Assembly: GCA_964389675.1 (NCBI GenBank)
Contig: CAYMEV010000004.1
Span: 1-64,000 of the forward strand
Direction: 5' to 3'
DNA from: an uncultured Candidatus Sumerlaeota bacterium
Lineage (GTDB): Bacteria > CAYMEV01
DNA: 64,000 nucleotides
In this document: piece after piece, positions 1 to 8,370 of the stretch
Position numbering within the stretch: position 1 is the first letter of the stretch
Layout: each line of letters begins with the position of its first letter
Program-made: the position numbers and the translations under genes
Notes under the pieces: generated by a model
Told to the model about the DNA's origin: nothing
Database searches by the model: none
The model's input: only the letters and a program-made list of their open reading frames with translations

Positions 1-195
1 GTTGATTCAGCAAAAATAATCAAGGATCCAAATACTGGAAGGTCAAAAGGTTTTGGTTTTATTGAAATGTCTTCTCAGGAAGAAGCCGATGCTGCCATTG
101 AAAAACTGAACGACTCTGTTGTCGAGGGAAGAAAAATAAAGGTCAGCATTGCAAGGCCAAAGGAAAAAAGGAGCAATTATCAGTCAAGAAGATAA
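1..195 (+). CDS. RRM (RNP-1) RNA-binding protein, 5' end outside window
   Basis: Frame 1 translates VDSAKIIKDPNTGRSKGFGFIEMSSQEEADAAIEKLNDSVVEGRKIKVSIARPKEKRSNYQSRR*. It has the RNP-1 motif KGFGFIEM and stops at TAA 193-195. Confidence 0.93.
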   Translation, partial: VDSAKIIKDPNTGRSKGFGFIEMSSQEEADAAIEKLNDSVVEGRKIKVSIARPKEKRSNYQSRR

Positions 196-219
196 TGTTA
201 AAATTTAAATAGAAACATG

Positions 220-250
220 AAAAAAGGATGTCTTCCGGCATCCTTTTTTT
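220..250 (+). terminator. Intrinsic terminator, possibly bidirectional
   Basis: AAAAAAGGATG-tcttccgg-CATCCTTTTTTT: inverted repeat flanked by A- and T-tracts just after the RRM gene stop. Confidence 0.85.
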
Positions 251-259
251 TATTTTTTA

Positions 260-294
260 TTCAGTATAAATTTCAGTATAAATGAGAGTATAAT
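260..294. repeat. Short tandem repeat with 12-bp period in intergenic DNA
   Basis: TTCAGTATAAAT occurs twice exactly (260-283). The core AGTATAA recurs at 263, 275 and 287. Confidence 0.7.
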
Positions 295-296
295 AT

Positions 297-1283
297 ATGG
301 ATCCGATAACACACTTTTCAGCAGGCGTAATAATAGGTTCAAGATTCAGCAATGAGCCTGTTTTACCTCTGTTTTGCGGCTGTCTTTCAGTAGTGAACGA
401 CCTTGATTTCGTTTTTAAGTGGATTAATCATAAAAATCTGTATTTCTTGCATCATAAGGCTTTTCATTCTATCTATATAATGCTTTTTCTCTCATTGCTT
501 GCATCAGTGCCTGTATCACTTTTATTCGGGCTGAATTTCTCATCAGCAGTAATATTATGCCTTATGCTCTTTTTATCACATATTATTCTGGATATTTTCG
601 TTGCAGGAGGAGATATGACCATCCTGTTCCCCTTCAGCATGAAGCTCTTTTCCTTTCCGATATTTCCTGGGATTACTCCTTATATAAAATCAGCTAAATG
701 TGAAAAAAAATCCCCTGTTACATGCGGAATATGCCAGACAGAGGTCTTCCTGAGGTCTCTTTTCCGGCTGTCAATTGTAGCAATATCTGTTGCTGTCATG
801 ATCAGAAGGGACCTGATATGGCTGATATTTATCCCCTTATTGATAATATTTGTTAAGGCTTCCTCTTATATGATCCTGCGCAGGTATATAAAAAAAAGAT
901 ACAGCAGTTCCCCCCATATAATACCAGTATCATCTTTCCCCAGTGTATGGAATGCAGTATTTTCAGCCGGTTCAAAGCTGATCGTTAAAAAACTGGGAAT
1001 AAGGAATCTGCATGTGCATGAGACCAGTACAAAGGAATTTCTCAATAATGATATTATAGATGAATATAAAACATCACTCAATTGTGATAAAAATATTTCT
1101 TCCTTTCTTGAAAGCCATCCTGTATTATATGCAGTCAGTAATTCTGTTGAAGAAGGTACAATGCTTACTGTATTTGATCCCAGGTTCTTTTTCAATGATA
1201 AGAACCAGTATTTCTCCTACAGGATACTGCTGGATAGTTCAGGAAGGATAAAAAATGCAGAATTCAGAGAAAAATGGAGATAA
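297..1283 (+). CDS. Membrane-bound metal-dependent hydrolase, YdjM-like
   Basis: N-terminal MDPITH, DLDF, HHKAFHS and SHIILD motifs plus several hydrophobic segments. Confidence 0.75.
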   Translation: MDPITHFSAGVIIGSRFSNEPVLPLFCGCLSVVNDLDFVFKWINHKNLYFLHHKAFHSIYIMLFLSLLASVPVSLLFGLNFSSAVILCLMLFLSHIILDIFVAGGDMTILFPFSMKLFSFPIFPGITPYIKSAKCEKKSPVTCGICQTEVFLRSLFRLSIVAISVAVMIRRDLIWLIFIPLLIIFVKASSYMILRRYIKKRYSSSPHIIPVSSFPSVWNAVFSAGSKLIVKKLGIRNLHVHETSTKEFLNNDIIDEYKTSLNCDKNISSFLESHPVLYAVSNSVEEGTMLTVFDPRFFFNDKNQYFSYRILLDSSGRIKNAEFREKWR

Positions 1284-2700
1284 TCATATGCCTATGAAAG
1301 ATACACCCTCAAGGATAAACAGAAGGCTTCAGAAGGTCCTGCTTGTTAGGCCGGACCTTCTTGGGACACCGTATGCCATAAGCAAGTTTGGTGTAAAGCA
1401 CCAGCCCATGGGGCTTTTCTATATGGCAAGTCCTCTGATACGGGAAGGGTTTGAAATCAGATATTGTGATGAAATACTGCTTGATGATTTTGAAAAAGCT
1501 ATAGCGGATTTCAAGCCTGATTTTATTGGGATCAGTGTATCCAGCCCCTTATTTTCCCGTGCCAAACACCTGGTTTCCATCGCACAGAAATATAACTGTA
1601 TTACAGGCCTTGGCGGGCCACATATAACTGCCGAGCCCGATATAGCACTTCAGGAAAGCAAAGCTGATTTTGGTGTTATTGGAGAATCGGAGATCATACT
1701 GCCGAAAATACTAAATGGCGAATCCATAGAGACCTTAGATGGTGTTGCCTTCTGGAAAAATGGCATGGTTGAGATAAGGGAAAGGACATCCTATATTGAT
1801 GATCTTGATGCTGTACCTTTCCCTGCCAGAGAGATTGCAGACATGGACAGATACCATGGTGATACCGAATTTGGATTTCATATTCATCCGAAAGAAAGAA
1901 TGATAAGGATAATAACTTCCAGGGGATGTGCTTTTCATTGTACTTTCTGTGCAAGGCACAAAATATTCGGTAGAAAGACAAGAAAAAGGAATCCTGAGAA
2001 TATTCTTGATGAGATGGATTATGTCCATAAAAAATACAATGCTACGCACTTCACCTTAATGGATGATACATTCACAGAAGATGTCAGGCATGTTGAAGGA
2101 TTCTGCAATGAGATAATAAAGAGGAACAGAAAATATACGTGGTGTGCCTATTCAAGGGTTGATACCAATCCTGATATATTGAAGCTCATGTATGATACCG
2201 GATGCAGAATGCTTGAGTTTGGCGTTGAGACAGGATCTCAAAAGGTTCTGGACAGCATTAAGAAGGGTATTACGGTCGATGAAATAAGGCAGGGATTTGA
2301 TAATGCAAAAAGAGCAGGAATGAAGACAAAGGCCTTTTTTATGGTAGGGCTGCCAGCCGAGGGCCCGATGGAGTTAAAGGAGAGCATCGAGCTTGCAAAG
2401 GAGATAAACCCTCATTATCTATGGTTATCCATATTTCTCCCGCTGCCTGGATCAGAGATCTACGAAAACATTGAAACAGGGAAAAAGATAGATTTTTCAA
2501 GAGAATCATTTTTTCACACTCATTCAGCTGACCTTAATAAAAGCCACAGGAAATTCATGCTTAATTTCTACGTAAGATATGCTTATATAAGGCAATTCCT
2601 CAAAAACCTGACATGGTCAGAATTTGCCTATTTTTCCAATACTGCATTATCTTTTGCAAAGCTTTCTCTGGGGGGCATCTTCCATAAGAATTCTTCCTGA
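1255..2700 (+). CDS. Cobalamin-binding (class B) radical SAM protein; true start probably ATG 1288 or 1294
   Basis: N-terminal B12-binding-like domain (PMGLFYMAS, PDFIGIS, GGPHIT), SRGCAFHCTFC (CxxxCxxC), DDTF, GVETGSQ. Confidence 0.88.
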   Translation: MQNSEKNGDNHMPMKDTPSRINRRLQKVLLVRPDLLGTPYAISKFGVKHQPMGLFYMASPLIREGFEIRYCDEILLDDFEKAIADFKPDFIGISVSSPLFSRAKHLVSIAQKYNCITGLGGPHITAEPDIALQESKADFGVIGESEIILPKILNGESIETLDGVAFWKNGMVEIRERTSYIDDLDAVPFPAREIADMDRYHGDTEFGFHIHPKERMIRIITSRGCAFHCTFCARHKIFGRKTRKRNPENILDEMDYVHKKYNATHFTLMDDTFTEDVRHVEGFCNEIIKRNRKYTWCAYSRVDTNPDILKLMYDTGCRMLEFGVETGSQKVLDSIKKGITVDEIRQGFDNAKRAGMKTKAFFMVGLPAEGPMELKESIELAKEINPHYLWLSIFLPLPGSEIYENIETGKKIDFSRESFFHTHSADLNKSHRKFMLNFYVRYAYIRQFLKNLTWSEFAYFSNTALSFAKLSLGGIFHKNSS

Positions 2701-3474
2701 TCAACCCGAATGTCCTGCCCTTAAGTCCATGTGATGTTTTATCTCATTGAAATTTCGCCTGTCCTGAATCTGAGACTTTCCATCATCTTTATACATGATA
2801 AAAAGATAATTAAAACCTCTTAGATAATAATTATGCTCTAAGGCAGCAGTATGCCAGTGCCTTTTTTCCAGCTTTGCATTATACCTTTTTACGCAGATGA
2901 TATCAACAGCCTTAAAAAACTGCAAAAGCAATCCAAATATTTCAAATCCCAGGGGCATAAAATAACGGTCTTTCTTATAGGAGTCTGAGACATAAACTGC
3001 CATATAACGGTTCTTCTTCATGATCCGGAAGGCTTCTGATATTACTCTGCCTATCTCTTTGCAGTATGCAGGGTCATCTGCCCTGATATTTCCGATACAT
3101 TCATCCTGATCTGAGTATTTTATATGGTCTCCATATGGAGGGTCTATAAAAACAAAATCAACTTTCTCATCTTCTATCGGAAGTTTTCTTGCATCCACCC
3201 TGTATATGTCTTTTCTCTGAGGATTTATATCGTAGCCCAGGGCTCTCCTTTTAAGGTCCCTGGCAACATCAAGAGCAGTTCCGCTTCCTGCCATGGGATC
3301 GACTATCAGGTCATTAGGCCTTGTATAGCGGTTCAGGAGGTTCCATACTATAAATGAAGGTGTGGCACCCTTATAGTTTATGTCACCCTGTTTTTTTTCA
3401 AAACCATAATTCTGTGAGGGATAATCCCACAAAGTGGTAGTCTGGAGCCTGATTTCAGGTTTTTTGTTTCTCAA
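2701..3474 (-). CDS. Amino (N6-A/N4-C or Trm11-like) SAM-dependent nucleic-acid methyltransferase
   Basis: Motif I VDPMAGSGT followed by motif IV FIDPPY. TTG start overlaps the upstream stop. Confidence 0.85.
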   Translation of the reverse strand: MRNKKPEIRLQTTTLWDYPSQNYGFEKKQGDINYKGATPSFIVWNLLNRYTRPNDLIVDPMAGSGTALDVARDLKRRALGYDINPQRKDIYRVDARKLPIEDEKVDFVFIDPPYGDHIKYSDQDECIGNIRADDPAYCKEIGRVISEAFRIMKKNRYMAVYVSDSYKKDRYFMPLGFEIFGLLLQFFKAVDIICVKRYNAKLEKRHWHTAALEHNYYLRGFNYLFIMYKDDGKSQIQDRRNFNEIKHHMDLRAGHSG

Positions 3475-4103
3475 AGGTATGGATTCTCCTGCTTTTCATG
3501 CCGGATCGTGGTAGATTCGCCATGGCCGGGGAAAACAACGGTATCAAGAGGCAGCACCATGAGTTTCTGTCTGATTGAATCAATAATCTGGCTGTAGTTG
3601 CCGCCAGGAAGGTCGGTTCTTCCGATAGAACCCTTAAAGAGCGTATCTCCGGAAAAGAGGATGCCTTCACGGTAAAGGCACAATGCATCGCTGCTATGCC
3701 CAGGGGTATGAATTATCCTGAAAACATCAAATATTTCATCATTATCCGAAAGATAATTATCTATTCCTGGAACCGGTTTATCCTCAAAGCCAAAAATCTC
3801 CAGCTGAACCGGATAGTGTTTAATTGTTTTTTCTGCTTCCTTATGTGCTGAGACAGGTATACTGTATTTTGATCTCACATCATCCAATGCCATAATATGA
3901 TCAAGATGGGTATGGGTCAATACAATCATCTCAGGTCTCAGGCTGTTTTTCTCAATGATCTCAGCTATTCTGGAGGCATTGTCACCGGGATCTATGATCA
4001 GAGCCCTGCTTAATTCGTCTGCTACAATATAGCAGTTGGTAAAAAAGGGTGAAACGACAGCTGTATAGACTCTGATATCCTTATTAGAGAAAGCCCTTTT
4101 CAT
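3471..4103 (-). CDS. MBL-fold metallo-hydrolase, glyoxalase II-like
   Basis: THTHLDH, HTPGHS, SGDTLF, GRTDLPGG and PGHG motifs. Confidence 0.92.
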   Translation of the reverse strand: MKRAFSNKDIRVYTAVVSPFFTNCYIVADELSRALIIDPGDNASRIAEIIEKNSLRPEMIVLTHTHLDHIMALDDVRSKYSIPVSAHKEAEKTIKHYPVQLEIFGFEDKPVPGIDNYLSDNDEIFDVFRIIHTPGHSSDALCLYREGILFSGDTLFKGSIGRTDLPGGNYSQIIDSIRQKLMVLPLDTVVFPGHGESTTIRHEKQENPYL

Positions 4104-6010
4104 TTTGATTCCACCTGATTATCAAACGGGAGGTATATGATACTCAGCTCCTCAATAATAATATCGTTAATGTCCGGCCTGACAGGGTATGAGACTGTGT
4201 CCTCAACAATTCTGTCCATTCTATCCTTTATTATTATCAGTTTTTCAAGCAGTTCCTCTTCAAATCGTCTGAAAGCATATTTTATCCTTTTATCATTAAG
4301 TTTATCACTGCCTGGACTGCTGAGTGACAGGTTCTCTGGATAATCCATTTCCTTGCTGAATAAAAAAAGCCGGACATAATGGTTTTCAAGCATGTCCTTA
4401 ATGGATATATCGGGATAATCCTGGAAAATCTTATCCCTGATCTGATTCCATTTTTCCATATGCTTTTCCTTAAGTTCCCAAAGATCCTGATCATACTTCT
4501 TCAGCGTAAGCTTCTTTATAGAATCTATGAAATCACCGTAGGATTGCTGATATTCAGAAAATATCTTAAAATATCTGTTATAAAAAAGATTTAAAGATTC
4601 CTTTTCTGTAACGAATGCCTTAATTTCGCTTTTAATCCTGTGGATTACTTCAGCATTATTAAGGTCCATATTTATTGGCATAAGTGAAATTTTCGGACCA
4701 ATGCTTTCCGAGAGATTTGTTTTTTTATAAGCATCAAAATACTCAATTCTTAAGGAATCCGGTGCTAAATTATATGTAAACATAAGGTTCATTTTCTTTG
4801 ATATTATAATATTGGCAGGGTTTTTTTTGTATTCGCAATTTATCTCTGCACCAAGGTAAGGATACAGGGTCTGTGCAAAAAGGTGTTCATAAGGTTTCAG
4901 GTAATATACCTGAATTTGCCCGGCATCACTGTATTGCTGGTTTCTCACAGCTTTTATTTTCCTTTTTTTGCCAGTTTCATTCCTGTAAATAACAAAAGAA
5001 GAGGATTTTTTTATCTTTTTCTTTTTTTTAAAATAATCAGCTATTTTACCTTCTTCATATTTTGGGCCTGAATAATATGAGGGTGCCTCAATCATCAGTT
5101 CGTGTATTTCACCATCAGCTTCAAAAAGGACACCGCCCCCCTCTCTATCCCTTATAAGTGCAGCATCAGCTTCCCCGGGTATATCTATATCCGGATTAAT
5201 AATAAAAAAAAGTATGTTCTCATGATTATTATATACATCTGATTCCATAATATCTGTGAGAAGACCTGGATCATCGACGGATAACACTATATTCATCCTC
5301 AGGCTTTTATTGAGCCACCTTCTCTTAAGCAGCGCATTCAGGCTTGAAATAAGAGCCTGTGTGAATAAGCTGGTTTCAAATCCTGATTTTATTGAAAACA
5401 TAAGAAACGGGTAGGATCTGGCATTGGAAAATGAATCCTCCAGTAAATCATATAATGTAATCCTTCTGGAAAATGTCATCTTCAGCAAATCAATCCGTTC
5501 CCTGCTGAAAGCGAAATGCTCCTTCATTGCTTTGTTATGGCAGAGCTGATCGAGGATCCCCCAGACATCACTTACATTATGAAGATCGACTATGCTGTCA
5601 AGAATACTGTAAAATTCATTTCTTTTAACCTTCTTTGAGCCGTAGAACAAAATAAAATAGAGAATATCATAAACAATACTCTTTTTATATGTGCTTAAGA
5701 AATCAAACTCTTCATTAAAATTTAACGGCATATAATCATTTTCAAAAGGTGTAAAGAGATTGAAATAAAACCTGCCCGGCAGCTGTTTATCCAGAAAATC
5801 GATAATATAAAGCATCTCGCCATTATTATCGGCCAGTACGGTAATATCAGTAGCTTTTATCAAGGCTTCGGTGATAAGGAGAGAGCTTTTCTCCCTGAGG
5901 GCTTTTTCCCTTGTTTTATTTATTAGAAGTTTGCCCGGTACTATCAGATCAGCAGGTTCCTTATCAGTATTTAGAAATCTTATGCTGAGTTTGTTCATCA
6001 TACTCACCAA
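4100..6010 (-). CDS. Hypothetical 636-aa protein, possibly a degenerate HerA/DUF87-like ATPase
   Basis: Long ORF whose stop overlaps the next start. Helical, coiled-coil-like C-terminus ending PVRPDINDIIIEELSIIYLP. No Walker A motif. Confidence 0.5.
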   Translation of the reverse strand: MVSMMNKLSIRFLNTDKEPADLIVPGKLLINKTREKALREKSSLLITEALIKATDITVLADNNGEMLYIIDFLDKQLPGRFYFNLFTPFENDYMPLNFNEEFDFLSTYKKSIVYDILYFILFYGSKKVKRNEFYSILDSIVDLHNVSDVWGILDQLCHNKAMKEHFAFSRERIDLLKMTFSRRITLYDLLEDSFSNARSYPFLMFSIKSGFETSLFTQALISSLNALLKRRWLNKSLRMNIVLSVDDPGLLTDIMESDVYNNHENILFFIINPDIDIPGEADAALIRDREGGGVLFEADGEIHELMIEAPSYYSGPKYEEGKIADYFKKKKKIKKSSSFVIYRNETGKKRKIKAVRNQQYSDAGQIQVYYLKPYEHLFAQTLYPYLGAEINCEYKKNPANIIISKKMNLMFTYNLAPDSLRIEYFDAYKKTNLSESIGPKISLMPINMDLNNAEVIHRIKSEIKAFVTEKESLNLFYNRYFKIFSEYQQSYGDFIDSIKKLTLKKYDQDLWELKEKHMEKWNQIRDKIFQDYPDISIKDMLENHYVRLFLFSKEMDYPENLSLSSPGSDKLNDKRIKYAFRRFEEELLEKLIIIKDRMDRIVEDTVSYPVRPDINDIIIEELSIIYLPFDNQVESK

Positions 6011-6118
6011 AATTTAGGGATATGGCCATTATTTTACCTGAGCTTTTGATTTCTATCAAGAAAATATAATTCTTTATAAAATCAAATTATGGACTATACT
6101 CTTTGATCATATAGCAAG

Positions 6119-6637
6119 ATGGCTGAAATTATAAAAAAGAGAGCTTTATCCTTTATTTCACTGGGGTCTAACTATGGAGACAGGGAAAAACAGCTCTCAG
6201 ATGCTTTAACAGCCTTGGGTTCATTTAATGATATTTTTATTGAGGTTTCTTCAGATATGTATCAGACACCTCCGACAGATCTGTTTGGCAACAGCTATTA
6301 TAACCAGTGCGCCGGGCTGTATACGCTTCTCAGTCCCTGCAGCCTCCTTGAAAGGCTTAATGAAATAGAGGCCAAACTGGGCAGGAAAAGAAACTATCTG
6401 CACTCGATCAGAAATATTGACCTGGATATAATCCTTTATGAGAACAGCAGTATAAAGACAGCCAGGCTGACATTGCCTCACCCAGAATCCTGGAAAAGGC
6501 CCTTTGTAATAATACCTTTGGCAGAAATACAGACCTATAAAAATTATGAGATCATTAGAAAATTTTTAAAAAATGTAGATTTTAATGATACAGAGAATAT
6601 TATAAAACTAAATATAAAAGGAGGACTGCATGGATAA
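6119..6637 (+). CDS. folK: 2-amino-4-hydroxy-6-hydroxymethyldihydropteridine diphosphokinase
   Basis: ISLGSNYGDR, RNIDLDIILY, LTLPHP. Confidence 0.95.
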   Translation: MAEIIKKRALSFISLGSNYGDREKQLSDALTALGSFNDIFIEVSSDMYQTPPTDLFGNSYYNQCAGLYTLLSPCSLLERLNEIEAKLGRKRNYLHSIRNIDLDIILYENSSIKTARLTLPHPESWKRPFVIIPLAEIQTYKNYEIIRKFLKNVDFNDTENIIKLNIKGGLHG

Positions 6638-7469
6638 GAAGGTTACTATCCCGCATATACTTTCCAGAAAAGGCAAGGAAAAAATAACCATGGTAACTGC
6701 ATATGATTATATAACCGCCCGGCTCGCGGACACAGCAGGTATTGATATTATCCTTGTCGGGGATTCAATGGCGAATGTTGTATATGGTCATGGTACAACC
6801 CTCCAGCTTGAGCTTTCAGATATAATAAAACACACAAATATAGTATCCAGCCATATAAAGACCCCGCTGCTGGTAGCTGATATGACATTTGGATCATTTC
6901 ACATAAATACTGATAGAACAGTAGAAAATGCCATAAAACTTATCAAATACGGGCATGCTGAAGCCGTTAAGATTGAAGGAGGTTCCAGGTCAAAACTCGC
7001 ATCAATTGAAAAACTGACTGAGCATTCCATCCCGGTAATGGGGCATATAGGACTTACACCCCAGTCTGTACACAGCTTCGGCGGCTATGCTGTACGCGGC
7101 AAATCACTGGAGGAAGCAAAAAACATATATAACCAGGCCAAGGACATAGAAAGCGCAGGGGCTTTTTCAATAGTCCTGGAGGGTATCCCTTCCGAACTAA
7201 GCAGGCTTATTACTCAAAATATTTCCATCCCAACTATCGGAATAGGTGCAGGTATTGATTGCGACGGGCAGGTGCTCGTTATTTATGATCTGCTGGGATT
7301 TACAGATAATCCGGTACCAAAATTTGTGAAGAAATATGAAAACCTTTGGGAAAAAAGCCTTAAGGCATTGAATTTATACATTGATGACGTAAAGGAGTCC
7401 AGGTTCCCGGACAGGGAACATTCATACAATCTCAAGAATTTTGAAATCAAGGATATTATCGGAGAATAG
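6630..7469 (+). CDS. panB: 3-methyl-2-oxobutanoate hydroxymethyltransferase
   Basis: TAYD, ILVGDS, VKIEGG, GHIGLTPQS, IGIGAG, DGQVLV. Confidence 0.97.
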   Translation: MDKKVTIPHILSRKGKEKITMVTAYDYITARLADTAGIDIILVGDSMANVVYGHGTTLQLELSDIIKHTNIVSSHIKTPLLVADMTFGSFHINTDRTVENAIKLIKYGHAEAVKIEGGSRSKLASIEKLTEHSIPVMGHIGLTPQSVHSFGGYAVRGKSLEEAKNIYNQAKDIESAGAFSIVLEGIPSELSRLITQNISIPTIGIGAGIDCDGQVLVIYDLLGFTDNPVPKFVKKYENLWEKSLKALNLYIDDVKESRFPDREHSYNLKNFEIKDIIGE

Positions 7470-7470
7470 A

Positions 7471-8322
7471 ATGAGAATTGTAAGAAAAACCGAAAAAATG
7501 AAAAATATTGTGAAATGCCTGAAATCACAAAATATAAAAACTGGTTTTATCCCGACCATGGGTGCTTTACATGAAGGTCACCTTTCTCTAATGGACAGGT
7601 CAAAAAAAGATGAATGCTTCAGCCTGGTCAGCATATTCCTGAATCCGATCCAGTTTGGCGAGAACGAGGATCTCGCAATATACCCGAAACCATTTGAAAG
7701 AGATATAAAGCTTTGCACTGAACATGATGCAAGCATAATCTTTGCTCCGGATAATAATGAAATGTATCCTGAAAAACAGGATATTTCCATAAAAAGCGAG
7801 TCATTTGCAGATTTATTCTGCGGTGCTTCAAGGCCGGGCCATTTTAAGGGTGTCCTGATAATAGTTGCCAAGCTGTTGAATATTATTAAGCCCGACATAG
7901 CTTATTTTGGTGAAAAGGATTATCAGCAGGCTATACTGATATCCAGTATGGCAAGGGAACTGAACTTTGACACAGCAATAAAGGTATGTCCAACAATAAG
8001 GGATAAGGATGGATTAGCACTAAGCTCCCGCAATTCTTATCTGAGCCCTCAAGACAGGGAAAAAGCACCCTTTTTATATAAATCTTTCTTAAGGGCTCAT
8101 GAATTGATCAAGAGCGGCAAATTATCAACAAGATATGAGATTATAGAATCAATAAAAAAATTTCTGCTCGAAAAAATTGCCAATATTGATATTGATTATA
8201 TTGATGTCGTCTATGATCATACACTCACGAAAGCTGGTGCAATAGACAGGGATATAAGAATCCTGGGTGCGGTTAAAATTGGCAATACCAGGCTCATAGA
8301 TAATTATAGGATAACCCTTTGA
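7471..8322 (+). CDS. panC: Pantoate--beta-alanine ligase
   Basis: PTMGALHEGH, SRPGHF, FGEKDYQQ, GLALSSRN, RLIDN. Start placed at ATG 7471. Confidence 0.97.
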   Translation: MRIVRKTEKMKNIVKCLKSQNIKTGFIPTMGALHEGHLSLMDRSKKDECFSLVSIFLNPIQFGENEDLAIYPKPFERDIKLCTEHDASIIFAPDNNEMYPEKQDISIKSESFADLFCGASRPGHFKGVLIIVAKLLNIIKPDIAYFGEKDYQQAILISSMARELNFDTAIKVCPTIRDKDGLALSSRNSYLSPQDREKAPFLYKSFLRAHELIKSGKLSTRYEIIESIKKFLLEKIANIDIDYIDVVYDHTLTKAGAIDRDIRILGAVKIGNTRLIDNYRITL

Positions 8323-8370
8323 GACAGGCAAATAAAATAAAACGGAGCTTTACTTAAACTAAACTTGACC

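Noticed and set aside
2695-2706. Convergent genes whose stops abut with zero gap (TGA|TCA)
   Set aside because: Consistent with the general compaction of this genome; no further signal.
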